Part shown: one piece after another, positions 46,576-59,561 of the stretch
How positions within the stretch are numbered: position 1 is the first letter of the stretch
Layout of the letters: each line of letters opens with the position of its first letter
Assembly: GCA_963821525.1 (NCBI GenBank)
Contig: CAWGED010000019.1
Span: 64,001 to 128,000 of the forward strand
Direction of reading: 5' to 3'
DNA length: 64,000 nt
Source of the DNA: an uncultured Gemmatimonadales bacterium
GTDB lineage: Bacteria > Gemmatimonadota > Gemmatimonadetes > Gemmatimonadales > GWC2-71-9
Position numbers and translations under genes: made by a program
Notes under the pieces: model-generated
Told to the model about the DNA's origin: nothing
Seen by the model: only the letters and a program-made list of their open reading frames with translations
The model's database searches: none

Positions 46576-47955
46576 TTACGCCGCGTCCTCGGAGAAGTTC
46601 TCCAGGCTGCGCTTCAGATCCGCCAGGAACCTGTCCGCATCGGCACCGTCCACGATCCGATGGTCGTAGGCCATCGTCAGCATGCCCTTGGTGCGAATGC
46701 CGAGGGAGTCGGTGCCGTCAGGGAGAGTCACCACCGATGGCCGCTTCTCGATGGCGCCGACGCCGAGGATCGCGACCTGCGGCTGATTGATGATCGGCGT
46801 ACCGGCATAGGAGCCGAACCCGCCGGGATTGGTGATGGTGAAGGTGCCCCGCTGCACGTCGTCGGGATTGAGCTTCTTGGTCCGCGCCCGTTCTCCCAGC
46901 TCGTTGATGGCGCGCGCGATGCCCAGGAGCGAGAGCTCGTCGGCGTGCTTGATGACCGGGACGATGAGACCCCAATCCAGCGCCACCGCGATGCCGATGT
47001 TGATGTCGCGCCGGAAAATCGTGGTCTCGTTGGACACGGCGGAGTTGACCACCGGGTGCTTGCGGAGATTCTCGGCCACCGCCTTGGTGATGAAGGCCAG
47101 GAAGGTCAGGTTCACCCCGCGCTCGGCATACTCCTTCTTCTTCTTGGCCCGGATCTGTCCGACCCGCGTGAAGTCGACCTCGAAGAGACTGTTGACGTGG
47201 GCGGAGACGCGCCGCGACATGACCATGTGGTCGGCGGTGAGCTTGCGGATCGGGCTCCACGGCTCCACCCGGTCGCCTTCCCACGGCTCCACGACCGGGC
47301 GCCGGTGGGGGCCGCGGCGGCGGCCGCAGCCGGCGCGGGAGCTGTGGCGGCGACACGCTGCGGAGCGCGGCGCCCCTGACTCGATGAAGCCGAGGATGTC
47401 TTCCTTGGTGACGCGGCCGGCGTGTCCGGTACCCGTAACCGCAGCGATATCGATGTTGTGCTCGGCTGCGATCTTCCGGACCAGCGGAGTGGACTTCCGC
47501 CGCAACCGATCCTCCGCCGTCTCGGGGCCGTTGCCGGTAGCCGGGGGGGCCGGAGGAACGGGACGCGGAGGGGACGGGGCGGACGGGGCGGGCATGGCGG
47601 GCGGGGCGGACGGGGCGGGTGGCGGCGGGCGGGCTGCAGCGGCGGCAGACTCGAGCGGCGACCGACTCGACCGCCTTGACCGACTCGTCCGCCTTGGCGG
47701 CGGTTGCCGCTCCCTTCTCGGTCTCAATTCGCGCGACAACCGTCTGCACCGGAACCGTCTGGCCCTCGTGACCAGGATCTCGGCCAGAACACCCGCACCC
47801 GGGGCAGGAATCTCCGCATCCACCTTGTCGGTGGAGATCTCGAAGATCGGCTCGTCGCGCTTGACCTCTTCCCCCACCTTCTTCATCCAGCGGGAGAGAG
47901 TGCCCTCGGCGATGGATTCGCCCATCTGGGGCATGATGACGTCGATCTTGGCCAT
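46576..47955 (-). CDS. 2-oxoacid dehydrogenase E2 (dihydrolipoamide acyltransferase)
   Basis: MPQMGESIAEG, STDKV lipoyl motif, GTGHAGRVTKED, GTFTITN, DHRIVDG. Confidence 0.94.
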   Translation of the reverse strand: MAKIDVIMPQMGESIAEGTLSRWMKKVGEEVKRDEPIFEISTDKVDAEIPAPGAGVLAEILVTRARRFRCRRLSRELRPRRERQPPPRRTSRSRRSSRSPLESAAAAARPPPPAPSAPPAMPAPSAPSPPRPVPPAPPATGNGPETAEDRLRRKSTPLVRKIAAEHNIDIAAVTGTGHAGRVTKEDILGFIESGAPRSAACRRHSSRAGCGRRRGPHRRPVVEPWEGDRVEPWSPIRKLTADHMVMSRRVSAHVNSLFEVDFTRVGQIRAKKKKEYAERGVNLTFLAFITKAVAENLRKHPVVNSAVSNETTIFRRDINIGIAVALDWGLIVPVIKHADELSLLGIARAINELGERARTKKLNPDDVQRGTFTITNPGGFGSYAGTPIINQPQVAILGVGAIEKRPSVVTLPDGTDSLGIRTKGMLTMAYDHRIVDGADADRFLADLKRSLENFSEDAA

Positions 47956-47984
47956 GAGTCGATCTCCGAGCGTCCGGTACTGAA

Positions 47985-48056
47985 GCTGTTAGCGGTTAGC
48001 TGCTTCGCTGTTAAGTAACCGTAGTCGCTAATAGCTAACAGCTAATAGCTAATAGC
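47985..48056. repeat. Inverted GCTAAYA / GCTGTTA heptamer arrays between E1-beta and E2
   Basis: GCTGTTA GCGGTTA GCTGCTTC GCTGTTA ... GCTAATA GCTAACA GCTAATA GCTAATA GC. Confidence 0.85.
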
Positions 48057-48064
48057 CACTCCCC

Positions 48065-49048
48065 CTAGTATCTCGCCAGCCACCTGCACGCCGCCACCAG
48101 ATCGTCCGCCTGGGGCAGCACGAAATCTTCCAGAGTCGGCGCATAAGGCAACGGGACGTCGTGGGCGCAGACCCGGCGGACCGGCGCGTCGAGCCACTCG
48201 AACGCCAGCTCGTTGATGCGGGCCGTGATCTCTCCCGCGACCCCGCCGGTCCTGGTGTCCTCGTGGGCGATCAGCACCCGGTTGGTCTTCTTCACCGTGG
48301 CCAGCGATCGCCTCGTCGTCCATCGGGAGGAGGGACCGCAGGTCGAGCACTTCGACCTCGAGCCCGTCCTCCCGTTCCAGCCGCTCGGCGGCCTCCAGCG
48401 CCTTGAACACCATGGCCGACCAGGTAATGATCGAAAGATGCTTCCCTTCCCTCGCGATGCCGCGCCTGGCCGATCGGGGTCAGGATCTCCTCACCCCGGG
48501 CAGCTCTTCCTTGATGCGCCGGTAGAGATACTTGTGCTCGAAGTAGAGAACCGGATCGTCGTCCCGGATCGCGGACTTGATCAGGCCCTTGGCATCCCGC
48601 GCCGTGGCGGGGCACACGATCTTGAGTCCGGGGGTGTGCAGAAAGGCGGCTTCCGGATTCTGGGAGTGGAACGGTCCTCCCCGCACGTAACCGCCCGACG
48701 GGCCCCGCACGACGATGGGCGTCGCGAGATTGGCGCGGTAGCGAGCGGTGGCAACGTAGTTGGTGAGCATGTCGTAGGCGCACGAGATGAAGTCGATGAA
48801 CTGCATCTCGCACACCGGCCGCATCCCCATGTGGGCGGCGCCCGCGGCGGCACCCACGATGGCCGCCTCGGAGATCGGCGTGTCGATCACCCGCCCCGCG
48901 CCGAACCGGGCCTGAAACCCTTCGGTCACCTTGAAGGCGCCCGCCGTAGGCGCCGACGTCCTCGCCGAGGATGAAGACCCGCTCGTCGCCGCTCCATCTC
49001 CTCCCGGAGCCCCTGGCGGAGCGCCTCGAGATAGGTCACTTCAGCCAT
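48065..49048 (-). CDS. 2-oxoacid dehydrogenase E1 beta; frameshifted
   Basis: [45 protein letters not shown]. Confidence 0.92.
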
Positions 49049-50117
49049 CGAGTCCTCCGGTACCAGTGCGGTTCGAGCGCGGAAGTCCTGGTAGACGTCA
49101 CGTCAAGGCGGTGGAGGCATCGGGCAGCGGTTCGTTTTCGCAGAGCCGCGATCGCCGCGTCGAGCTCCTTCTCGATTCTCCCGTCGATCTCCCGGAGCTC
49201 GTCGGGCGACGCCCAGCCGCTGTCGGTGAGCCGCCGGACATAGCGGTCGATCGGGTCGTTCCGTTCCCAGGCCTCGATCTCTCCGTTCGGCACGTAGGAC
49301 TGGTTGTCGTGTTCCGCGTGGCCCTTGCGGCGATAGGTCATCAGCTCGATCAGGGTGACGCCCTCCCGGCCCGGGCGCGGTCCACCGCGGTCGGTGTCAC
49401 CTGGTACACCTCGAGCACGTCGTTTCCGTCCGCCGTGACTCCGGGAATGCCGTAGGCGGCGGCCTCGATCGGCCAGGCTCTTCACCGCCGTCTGGATCCC
49501 GCATCGGCGTGCTGTACGCATAGCCGTTGTTCTCGCTGACGACCACCAGCGGCAGCCGCTGCACCGCGGCGAAGTTGATCCCCTCGTGGAAGGTGCCGGT
49601 GCTCATCGCGCCGTCTCCGACGTAGACCAGACCGACGCGCGGCTGCTTCGTCATCTTGAACGGCAACGCCACGCCCGCCATGACCGGGACCATGTCGCCC
49701 AGATGGGAAATCTGCCCGATGAAGCCGCGGGTCGAGATCATCGAAATGGATGTTCAGCTCGCGGCCGCGCGGTGGGGCTCTGAGCCTTGGCCATGTACTG
49801 CCGGAGGACCTCGAGCGGGGTGGCGCCCTGCACCAGCATCGAGCCAAGGTTGCGGATGAGCGGGGAGAGGATGTCGCCCCTTGCGCGGTCGAGGGCGTAG
49901 GCGCTGCCGACGCGTCGGCCTCCTGGCCGAGCGAGCGGAACAGGCCCCCGATCACCTTGGTCTGGCGATAGAGATTGACCAGCCGCTCCTCGAGCGACCG
50001 GGTGAGCCGCATCTAGTAGTAGAGCTCGTGCAACTGGGCACGGGTCAGACCCGAGATCACGGCCTGGGGTTGAGCGGCGGGGAGGAGCGGATGGCAGGAC
50101 ATGCTTGGCTGTAACAT
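49036..50117 (-). CDS. 2-oxoacid dehydrogenase E1 alpha; frameshifts and one in-frame TAG
   Basis: [24 protein letters not shown]...ENN TPP motif, [10 protein letters not shown]. Confidence 0.9.
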
Positions 50118-50237
50118 ATTGCTCCGACACTAGAGCGGAAAGGCTTGCGCCGGCCATAAGCCGCTAAGCGAGTCGCTTAAGGCGTTAGTGCGCTTAGACT
50201 CCGGCCTGCCGGCCCGCTGCCCTCCACCGAGCGACGA

Positions 50238-52690
<2,453 letters not shown>

Positions 52691-52810
52691 CGGGGTCTCC
52701 TCAGGGTTGTTCGACAAAAGGCCGCGGACGAACGGGGCTCTGCAAGGATGATCGCCTGCCGGATCGCCCCCGCGTCCACCCTCGTACATCCGCGGTCTGT
52801 AGTGCTCGGC

Positions 52811-53101
52811 TCAGTAGGCCCCCCGCGGCTCGTGCGCGGGATCGGCCATGGTGTGCACCACGGTGAGGAAGCGCTTGGCCAGTTTGTCGGCTTCACTTTC
52901 ACCGGGTTGGTTGGTCTCGACCGTGACCAGCGTGTAGTGCCCGCCCTCCATCTGGACGCTTACCCCGATCTGCCCCACTGATCCGGAGAACCGGCGACTG
53001 CGCTGGGCCTGATCGGTCGGGGCCAGCCGCGGGCCGAAGAACGCGGTCGCCCGCGCCATGACCTGATCGGGGGGGAGATGCGTGCGATGGAAGTACTGCA
53101 T
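52811..53101 (-). CDS. Small hypothetical protein (96 aa)
   Basis: TGATG coupling to the ino1 stop; MQYFHRTHL...AKRFL...RGAY. Confidence 0.7.
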   Translation of the reverse strand: MQYFHRTHLPPDQVMARATAFFGPRLAPTDQAQRSRRFSGSVGQIGVSVQMEGGHYTLVTVETNQPGESEADKLAKRFLTVVHTMADPAHEPRGAY

Positions 53102-54435
53102 CACTTCTCTCCGTACTCGTAGTACTCGACGCCCAGGTGCGAGATCACCGGCTCGCCCACCATCCAGCGCAGCGTGTTCTTGAGCTTGGTGAGCTGGATG
53201 AAGAGATCGTGCTCCGGATACAGTCCGGGTGCCGCCTGCGGGCTCTTGAAGTAGAAGGAGAGCCATTCCTGGATCCCGGAGAGACCGGCACGCTGGGCCA
53301 GGTCGAAGAAGATGGCGAGGTCCAGGACCAGCGGGGCCGCGAGAATGGAATCGCGGCAGAGGAAGTCAACCTTGATCTGCATCGGGTAGCCCAGCCACCC
53401 GAAGATATCAATGTTGTCCCACCCTTCTTTGTTGTCTCCACGGGGCGGGTAGTAGTTGATCCGCACCTTGTGGTACATGTTGGCGTAGAGCTCCGGGTAC
53501 ACCTGCGGCTGCAGGATGTACTCCAGCACGCCGAGCTTCGACTCTTCCTTGGTCTTGAAGCTCTCCGGATCGTCCAGCACTTCGCCGTCGCGGTTGCCCA
53601 GGATGTTCGTCGAGTACCAGCCCGCCACGCCGAGCATCCGCGCCTTGAACATCGGCGAGAGCACGGTCTTGAGCATGGTCTGGCCGGTCTTGAAGTCCTT
53701 CCCGCCGATCGGGACGTGCTTCTCCTTGGCCAGGTTCTCGAGGGCCGGGAAGTCGCACGAAAGATTCGGGGCGCCGTTGGCGAAGGGCACGCCCTCCATG
53801 ACGGCGGCATAGGCGTACAGCATCGACGGCGCGATGGTGGGATCGTTCGCCTCCATCGCCTTCTCGAACGCCGCCAGCGACTCGTGGGCCGGTCCCGGGA
53901 CGATGAAAATCTCGGTCGAGGCGCACCAGACCATCACCAGCCGGTCACACTTGTTCTTCGCCTTGAAGTCGCGGATGTCCTTCCGCAGTGCCTCGGCCAG
54001 CTCCTTCTTGTTCTTGCCGCTCTTTACGTTCTTGCCCTCGAGCCGCTTCACATAGTACTGGTCGAAGACGGCAGGCATCGGCTTGACGCCCTGCAGGAAG
54101 TCCTTGATCGGCTCCACGTGCTCATGTTTGTCGAGCACGCCGCAATGGAGGCAGGACTCGTACGCGTTGTCGGGAACCGGATCCCAGGCGCCGAAGACGA
54201 GGTCTTCCAGACGCGCGAGGGAGACGAAGTCCTTGATGAGGGGAGACCGGTGCTCGGTCCGCTTGCCGAGCCGGATGGTGCCCATCTGGGTCAGCGAGCC
54301 GAACGGCTTCCCCTTGCCGCGGCGGGCCAGCTCGACGCCGGCGATGAACGTCGTGGCGACAGCGCCCAGGCCCACACAGAGGACTCCAAGAGTGCCCTTG
54401 GCAGGCGCGATCGGCCGGGAGGTTGGAGTCGCCAC
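53101..54435 (-). CDS. ino1: myo-inositol-1-phosphate synthase
   Basis: GLGAVATT, WCASTE, NGAPN, GKDFKTGQT, NILGNRDG, GDNKE, CRDSILAAP; GTG start overlaps the upstream TAG. Confidence 0.95.
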   Translation of the reverse strand: MATPTSRPIAPAKGTLGVLCVGLGAVATTFIAGVELARRGKGKPFGSLTQMGTIRLGKRTEHRSPLIKDFVSLARLEDLVFGAWDPVPDNAYESCLHCGVLDKHEHVEPIKDFLQGVKPMPAVFDQYYVKRLEGKNVKSGKNKKELAEALRKDIRDFKAKNKCDRLVMVWCASTEIFIVPGPAHESLAAFEKAMEANDPTIAPSMLYAYAAVMEGVPFANGAPNLSCDFPALENLAKEKHVPIGGKDFKTGQTMLKTVLSPMFKARMLGVAGWYSTNILGNRDGEVLDDPESFKTKEESKLGVLEYILQPQVYPELYANMYHKVRINYYPPRGDNKEGWDNIDIFGWLGYPMQIKVDFLCRDSILAAPLVLDLAIFFDLAQRAGLSGIQEWLSFYFKSPQAAPGLYPEHDLFIQLTKLKNTLRWMVGEPVISHLGVEYYEYGEK

Positions 54436-55094
54436 TAGGGCTGTCCTTTCACAGAAGAGTCGGGCGCAGTCACCCGATACACGTATACGAAGCGCTGCAC
54501 TACGGTGATCACCGACGTCACGGCGAGCAGCGTCACGATCCCGAAGAGAATCAGGCCTTGGGGTCCCTGGCCGAAGATCACCGTGGGGACTCCGGTCAGC
54601 ACGATACGCTCCGCCCGCTGAACCATTCCAACCTTGCAATCGATGCCCAGACCCTCGGCCCGGGCCCTGGCATACGACACGATCAGCGAGGCGATCATCG
54701 CCACCATCGAGATGATGACGGCTCCCTCGCGCCACACCACCAGATCGGGCGGCGCCATGAGGTAGTAGACCGCGATCCCCATGAACGTCGCCCCGTCGCC
54801 CACCCGGTCCAGCGTCGAATCGTAGAAGGCGCCGAACTTGGTCACCTGCCCGTTGGCCCGGGCCACCGCACCATCCAGCGTGTCTACGATTCCACTTACC
54901 AGGTACAGCAGCCCACCCAGGCGAATGTGCCCCACCGCAAAGGCGACCGCCGAGGCCACCACCAGGAGCGTACCCACCGTCGTGATCACGTTGGGCGACA
55001 CTCCCCGCCGGATCAGACCGTCCACCACCGGTCTGGTCAGGCCGTAAAACACCTGCTCGATCGGCTTGGTGATGAGCTTCACCTGGGGAGCCAC
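54435..55094 (-). CDS. CDP-alcohol phosphatidyltransferase, PIP-synthase-like
   Basis: PNVITT, DTLDGAVAR...GAFYDSTLDRVGD, SYARARAEGLG, RAER. Confidence 0.9.
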   Translation of the reverse strand: MAPQVKLITKPIEQVFYGLTRPVVDGLIRRGVSPNVITTVGTLLVVASAVAFAVGHIRLGGLLYLVSGIVDTLDGAVARANGQVTKFGAFYDSTLDRVGDGATFMGIAVYYLMAPPDLVVWREGAVIISMVAMIASLIVSYARARAEGLGIDCKVGMVQRAERIVLTGVPTVIFGQGPQGLILFGIVTLLAVTSVITVVQRFVYVYRVTAPDSSVKGQP

Positions 55095-55190
55095 CTCGGG
55101 ATTCGACGGAGGGAGCCAGTCGGAGGCCCCGAAAACCGCGGCAAACTATAACCGAGAGAACGGGTTAGGGGAAGGCGCCGAAAGGGAATT

Positions 55191-55215
55191 CCGACCCCCC
55201 GTCCATGGGGGTCGG
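55191..55215 (-). terminator. Hairpin downstream of namZ
   Basis: CCGACCCCC-N7-GGGGGTCGG; weak U-tract. Confidence 0.35.
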
Positions 55216-55232
55216 GGACTTGAGCCTGGGGA

Positions 55233-56456
55233 TCACTCAGGATAGAGCAAAAACGGCCTCCGGCGGGTGAGAAAATCTCCCCGAGCCCGCTCCCAATCGG
55301 CGACTTGATCGGTGAAGATCTGCTTACCCAGCTGTCCTCCATCCCCGGCCAGCCGGTCGAACTGCCGTTGCAGCAGACTCAGGCCGGAATGACTGAGGAT
55401 CTGAAGCAGGCGGACCGCCGTGCGGGTGGGGTCATACGTGGACCGATCCACCACCCGGAACCGGATCCCTTGAACCAGGGTGTCGGCATACTTCCCATCC
55501 CCCGGCTGGCGCGGAGTAAACGTCACGCCGCTGAAATCGATACCTGGCAGCCGCTCTTCGCGAAGGCGTGGATAAGACCTTCGCGGTGTCCAGCCACGGA
55601 GCGCCGATCTGCTCGAAGGGATGCTCGGTGCCCCGCCCTACCGAGAGGTTCGTCCCCTCGAACAGGCATACTCCCGGATAGTGAATGAGGGCCTCGACGC
55701 TCTTGAGGTTGGGACTGGGCGGCAGGAAGGGGAGGCCAGTCTGGTCGAAGTACAGGGAGCGTTTCCATCCCTTGGCCGGAACTACATGGAGCTCGGTATC
55801 GAGCTTCAAGTCGTGCCGAGCGAGCAGAGCGAGTTCGCCCAGCGTCATCCCGTGGCGCATCGGGATCGCCAGCAGGCCAACCGGCGAAGCAAAAGCCGGG
55901 TCGAGCACGTTGCCCTGCACCGCGCCTCCGATCGGATTCGGCCGGTCGAGCACCACTACCGGAATGCGATGCCGGGCCGCAGATCGCATGACCTCCGTCG
56001 TCGTAAACAGATAGGTGTAATAGCGGGCCCCGGCGTCCTGCAGATCCACCAACAGGACATCAATGCCGGTCACCATCTCGTCGGACGGTGCGGTATTAGC
56101 CCCATAGAGGCTGTAGATTGGAAGACCAGTCGCAGAATCGGTCGAAGATCCTACTGCGGCGCCGGGCGCTGCGGTGCCGCGAAAACCGTGTTCGGGACTG
56201 AACAGCGCGACCAGATTGACACCGGCTCCACGGAGACGCTCGACATCACTCACGCCCTTGGAATCCACTCCGGCCTGATTGGTCACGAGACCCACCCGGC
56301 GGCGGCGCACCAATTGCATGCTGTCGGTGAGCAGGACCTCGATACCCGGTCGGATCCGGTCGGCGGCGGCGCCACCGGCCCCTGGCCGGGACAAGTGGCC
56401 GGGAAGCCCAGGACTCCCAGAACGCAGAGCCAAAATTGCGAAGCAGACGGTTTCAT
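55233..56456 (-). CDS. namZ: Exo-beta-N-acetylmuramidase NamZ (DUF1343); frameshifted
   Basis: GLVTNQAG, FSPEHG, SLYG, DLQDAGARYYTY, LDRPNP, HGMTLGE, PSPN, EGTNLSVGRGT..PFE. Confidence 0.9.
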
Positions 56457-56477
56457 TCTGTTCGGTCGTTCCTCCCC

Positions 56478-58247
56478 ATGATGGCCAGTGCTTCGCTCCT
56501 TCTCGGCGCGAGCCTTTTTGCGTCTCCAGCCCGCGGACAAGACTCGGTTCGAGTGGCTCAGGCCCTGGACTCCGCACGGGTCGAGCACCTGATCGACTCC
56601 CTCCCGCTGCGGGATCGTGTAGCCCAACTGATCATGCCGTGGATTCCCGGGAACTACGCTGCCTTCGATGACAGCGCGTTCTCGGTCATGCAGGGCTGGG
56701 TGGATTCGCTCCACGTGGGCGGCATCATCGTGTCGATCGGCTCGCCGCTGGACGTCGCCTCGAAGCTGAACCGGTTACAGGTCCGCTCGCCACTCGCGCT
56801 CCTGATCGGCGCCGACCTGGAAAGCGGCAGCACCTTCCGGCTGGTTGGAGGCACGCCCTTCCCCTCCAATATGGGCGTGGCCGCGACCGGATCGGAACGG
56901 GATGCCTATGAGGTGGGACGGGTGACGGCGCTGGAAGGTCGCGCCGTGGGCATTCACATCACGTTCGCCCCGGTGGCCGATGTCAACAACAATCCGGCCA
57001 ATCCGATCATCAATACCCGCTCGTTCGGTGAAAATCCTCAGCTCGTCGGCGTGCTGGTAGCCGCCGCCATCCGCGGGTTGCAGGAGAACGGGATGATGGC
57101 CACTGCGAAGCACTTCCCTGGCCACGGCGACACCGACGTCGATTCCCACATCTCGATGCCGGTCATGAAGGGCGACTGGAGCCGGCTCACCAACCTGGAG
57201 CTGCAACCGTTCCGCTCGGCGATCAACGCCGGAGTGGCCCTGGTGATGTCGGCTCACATCGCGATGCCGGGCCTGACCGGTGACAGCACGCTGCCGGCTA
57301 CGCTCTCGCCCGAGGTGCTCACCGGATTGCTCCGCGATTCCTTGCACTTCAAGGGAGTTGCGGTGACCGACGCGCTTGGTATGGGTGGAATCGTGAACCG
57401 CTATGGCGCGGGCGAAGCCGCGGTGCTGGCTCTCATTGCCGGAGCCGATCTCCTCCTGCAACCGGCTGATCCCAAGACGGCCCTCGACGCCGTCACGACG
57501 GCGGTCGAGTCGGGACGAATCTCCCAGGAGCGGATCAACGAGTCGGTCCGCCGAATTCTGACGATGAAGAGCCAGCTCGGATTGCTCGACCGGCGATCGG
57601 TACAGCTGGAGCGGGTTCCCGAAGTCGTGGGCCGGGCGGAGTTTCTCGCGGTCGCCCGCGATATCGCGCGACGCTCGATCGTACTGGTGAATGACAGCGG
57701 CTCCGTGGTAGACAGCCTGCGCGCGCGGCGCCGGCCGATCTCCCTCGTCATCTACGGAGACGAGAACATGCCCACCGCAGGCAACCAGCTCGCCGCCCAG
57801 CTCCGGGCCGAGGGATTTCCCGTGAATACCTTCCGGTTGTGGCCAGCGAGCGGTCCCGCGAGTTACGATTCGGCTAAGGCTGCGTTGCGGAAGAACAGCG
57901 TCGCGATGTTCGCCGTGTCGGTCAAGGCAACGGCGAACAAGGGAACCGTGGCCATGCCGGAGCCGCTCGCGAAACTCATTGACCAGACCGCCAAGAAGCG
58001 GCGCACGGTGCTGGCTTCACTGGGTTCGCCGTACATCGCGCAGCAGACGCCCCACGTCGGCAGCTACATGCTGGCCTGGAATTCGAATGCGGTCACCGAA
58101 TGGGCCCTCGCCAAGGCTATTGCCGGCAGGTCTGACATCACCGGACGCCTTCCCATTACCCTCACCCGAAGCTATCCGCTCGGCTACGGAATTCAGCGGA
58201 AAGCGACCCGGGACACCTTCGGCCAGGCGGCCAGCGGCCAGCCTTAA
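56478..58247 (+). CDS. nagZ: GH3 beta-N-acetylglucosaminidase, exported
   Basis: FAPVADVNNNPANPIINTRSFG, KHFPGHGDTDVDSH (Asp-His dyad), TDALGM; signal peptide. Confidence 0.92.
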   Translation: MMASASLLLGASLFASPARGQDSVRVAQALDSARVEHLIDSLPLRDRVAQLIMPWIPGNYAAFDDSAFSVMQGWVDSLHVGGIIVSIGSPLDVASKLNRLQVRSPLALLIGADLESGSTFRLVGGTPFPSNMGVAATGSERDAYEVGRVTALEGRAVGIHITFAPVADVNNNPANPIINTRSFGENPQLVGVLVAAAIRGLQENGMMATAKHFPGHGDTDVDSHISMPVMKGDWSRLTNLELQPFRSAINAGVALVMSAHIAMPGLTGDSTLPATLSPEVLTGLLRDSLHFKGVAVTDALGMGGIVNRYGAGEAAVLALIAGADLLLQPADPKTALDAVTTAVESGRISQERINESVRRILTMKSQLGLLDRRSVQLERVPEVVGRAEFLAVARDIARRSIVLVNDSGSVVDSLRARRRPISLVIYGDENMPTAGNQLAAQLRAEGFPVNTFRLWPASGPASYDSAKAALRKNSVAMFAVSVKATANKGTVAMPEPLAKLIDQTAKKRRTVLASLGSPYIAQQTPHVGSYMLAWNSNAVTEWALAKAIAGRSDITGRLPITLTRSYPLGYGIQRKATRDTFGQAASGQP

Positions 58248-58251
58248 CAGC

Positions 58252-59466
58252 GTGTTCGTCCTGCGTTGGTCCCGATTCATCGGCGCGTTGGTCGTTTCGG
58301 CCTGCCATTACTATCCGCCGGGCAAGCCTGCAGAACCGGTGGATGTCCAGCCGATCGAGTGGACCTCCGTCATCCACTACCTCGATTCGGTCACCGCGCA
58401 GGGCGCGGCACCCGGCGCCGTACTCGGAGTCAGCCAGAGAGGGCACCGATTCGTGTACGGGAGCGGCCGCCTCGGCGAAGGCGACTCCACCCGCCCCGAC
58501 GGTGAGACCCTCTACGATCTCGCCTCGCTGACCAAAGTCATAGCGCTGACCACGATGACCATGTTCGCCGTGCAGAACGGCAAGCTGGAGCTGGATACTC
58601 CGGTCTGGCGCTACGTGCCCGCCTTCCGAGGAGAAGCGAAGGACAGCATCACCATCCGGATGCTCCTGATGCACGCCAGCGGACTTCCGGCATGGCGGCC
58701 GCTGTATCGGGAGACGCGCACTCGAGCGGCGGCGCTGGCGCTGGTGGATACGACCGCCCTCACATCGAAGCCCGGGTCCCACTTCGAGTATTCCGACCTT
58801 GGCGCGATTGTCTTGACTCAGGCAGTTGAAGCCGTGCTCGGGCACCGGATCGATACCCTCGCGACCCGTGAGATCTTCACCAGGCTCGGCATGCAGTCCA
58901 CGCGTTACCTCCCGCCATCGAGCTGGGTTTCGCGCATCGCGCCGACCGAGGACGACCCGTGGCGCGGCCGAATGCTTCGCGGCGAAGTGCACGACGAGAA
59001 CGCGTCGCGGCTGGAAGGCGTGTCCGGACACGCGGGGCTGTTCAGTGATGCGGACGACCTCTTGACCTTTGCCGAATGGCTGCTGAGCCAGGAGGATCGA
59101 GGGATCGTCTCGGGTGAAAAGTCCCGCTCATGTCTGGAAGCGCCAATGAGCGCGCCTTCGCTGCTGCCCGGCGTGCTCGCCGAGTTCACCCGGAGGCAGC
59201 GCCTGGTGCCAGGCTCAAGCCGGGCGCTCGGCTGGGACACCCCTTCGGAAGGGAGCAGTGCCGGCAATCGCCTCTCGGAACACGCCTTTGGCCATACCGG
59301 GTTCACCGGTACCTCCATCTGGATCGACCCCGACCGGTGTCTGGCCATCGTACTTCTGAGCAATCGGGTCCATCCTACTCGGGAGAACAACCGCTGGGGT
59401 CCAGTCCGGGCCCAGGTAGCCAACCGAGTCGTTGTCACCCTCGACGCAAGTGCCGCTTCTCATTGA
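58252..59466 (+). CDS. Beta-lactamase-family serine hydrolase lipoprotein (AmiE-like)
   Basis: Lipobox VSAC; ASLTK, YSD, GEVHDENA, GHAGLFS, GHTGFTGT, LSNRVHP. Confidence 0.9.
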   Translation: MFVLRWSRFIGALVVSACHYYPPGKPAEPVDVQPIEWTSVIHYLDSVTAQGAAPGAVLGVSQRGHRFVYGSGRLGEGDSTRPDGETLYDLASLTKVIALTTMTMFAVQNGKLELDTPVWRYVPAFRGEAKDSITIRMLLMHASGLPAWRPLYRETRTRAAALALVDTTALTSKPGSHFEYSDLGAIVLTQAVEAVLGHRIDTLATREIFTRLGMQSTRYLPPSSWVSRIAPTEDDPWRGRMLRGEVHDENASRLEGVSGHAGLFSDADDLLTFAEWLLSQEDRGIVSGEKSRSCLEAPMSAPSLLPGVLAEFTRRQRLVPGSSRALGWDTPSEGSSAGNRLSEHAFGHTGFTGTSIWIDPDRCLAIVLLSNRVHPTRENNRWGPVRAQVANRVVVTLDASAASH

Positions 59467-59507
59467 GCCGCAGTGAGTTAGCCCGTCCCCCCGAAGATTT
59501 CGCTTCG

Positions 59508-59536
59508 TTGACATAGGCCCTTGAAGGATCTAATTT
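59508..59536 (+). promoter_or_regulatory. Sigma70-type promoter of the iscA-like gene
   Basis: TTGACA-N17-TAATTT; AGGAG RBS at 59551. Confidence 0.7.
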
Positions 59537-59561
59537 TTACAGGTCTACCAAGGAGCATGAG

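Noticed and set aside
47540..47650. G-rich runs suggesting a G-quadruplex or repeat element
   Set aside because: They are the reverse complement of the Pro/Ala-rich linker codons of the E2 subunit.
50013..50015. In-frame TAG in E1-alpha (ELYY*MRLTR) as possible pyrrolysine or readthrough
   Set aside because: A single TGG>TAG error in an error-rich region explains it, and no pyl genes are in the window.
46576..50117. 2-oxoacid dehydrogenase lacking E3
   Set aside because: lpdA is commonly encoded elsewhere and shared, so its absence from the window is uninformative.
50158..50197. Possible additional repeat/hairpin (TAAGCG-AGT-CGCTTA and similar) between hppA and E1-alpha
   Set aside because: Too short and degenerate to assign to the repeat family.
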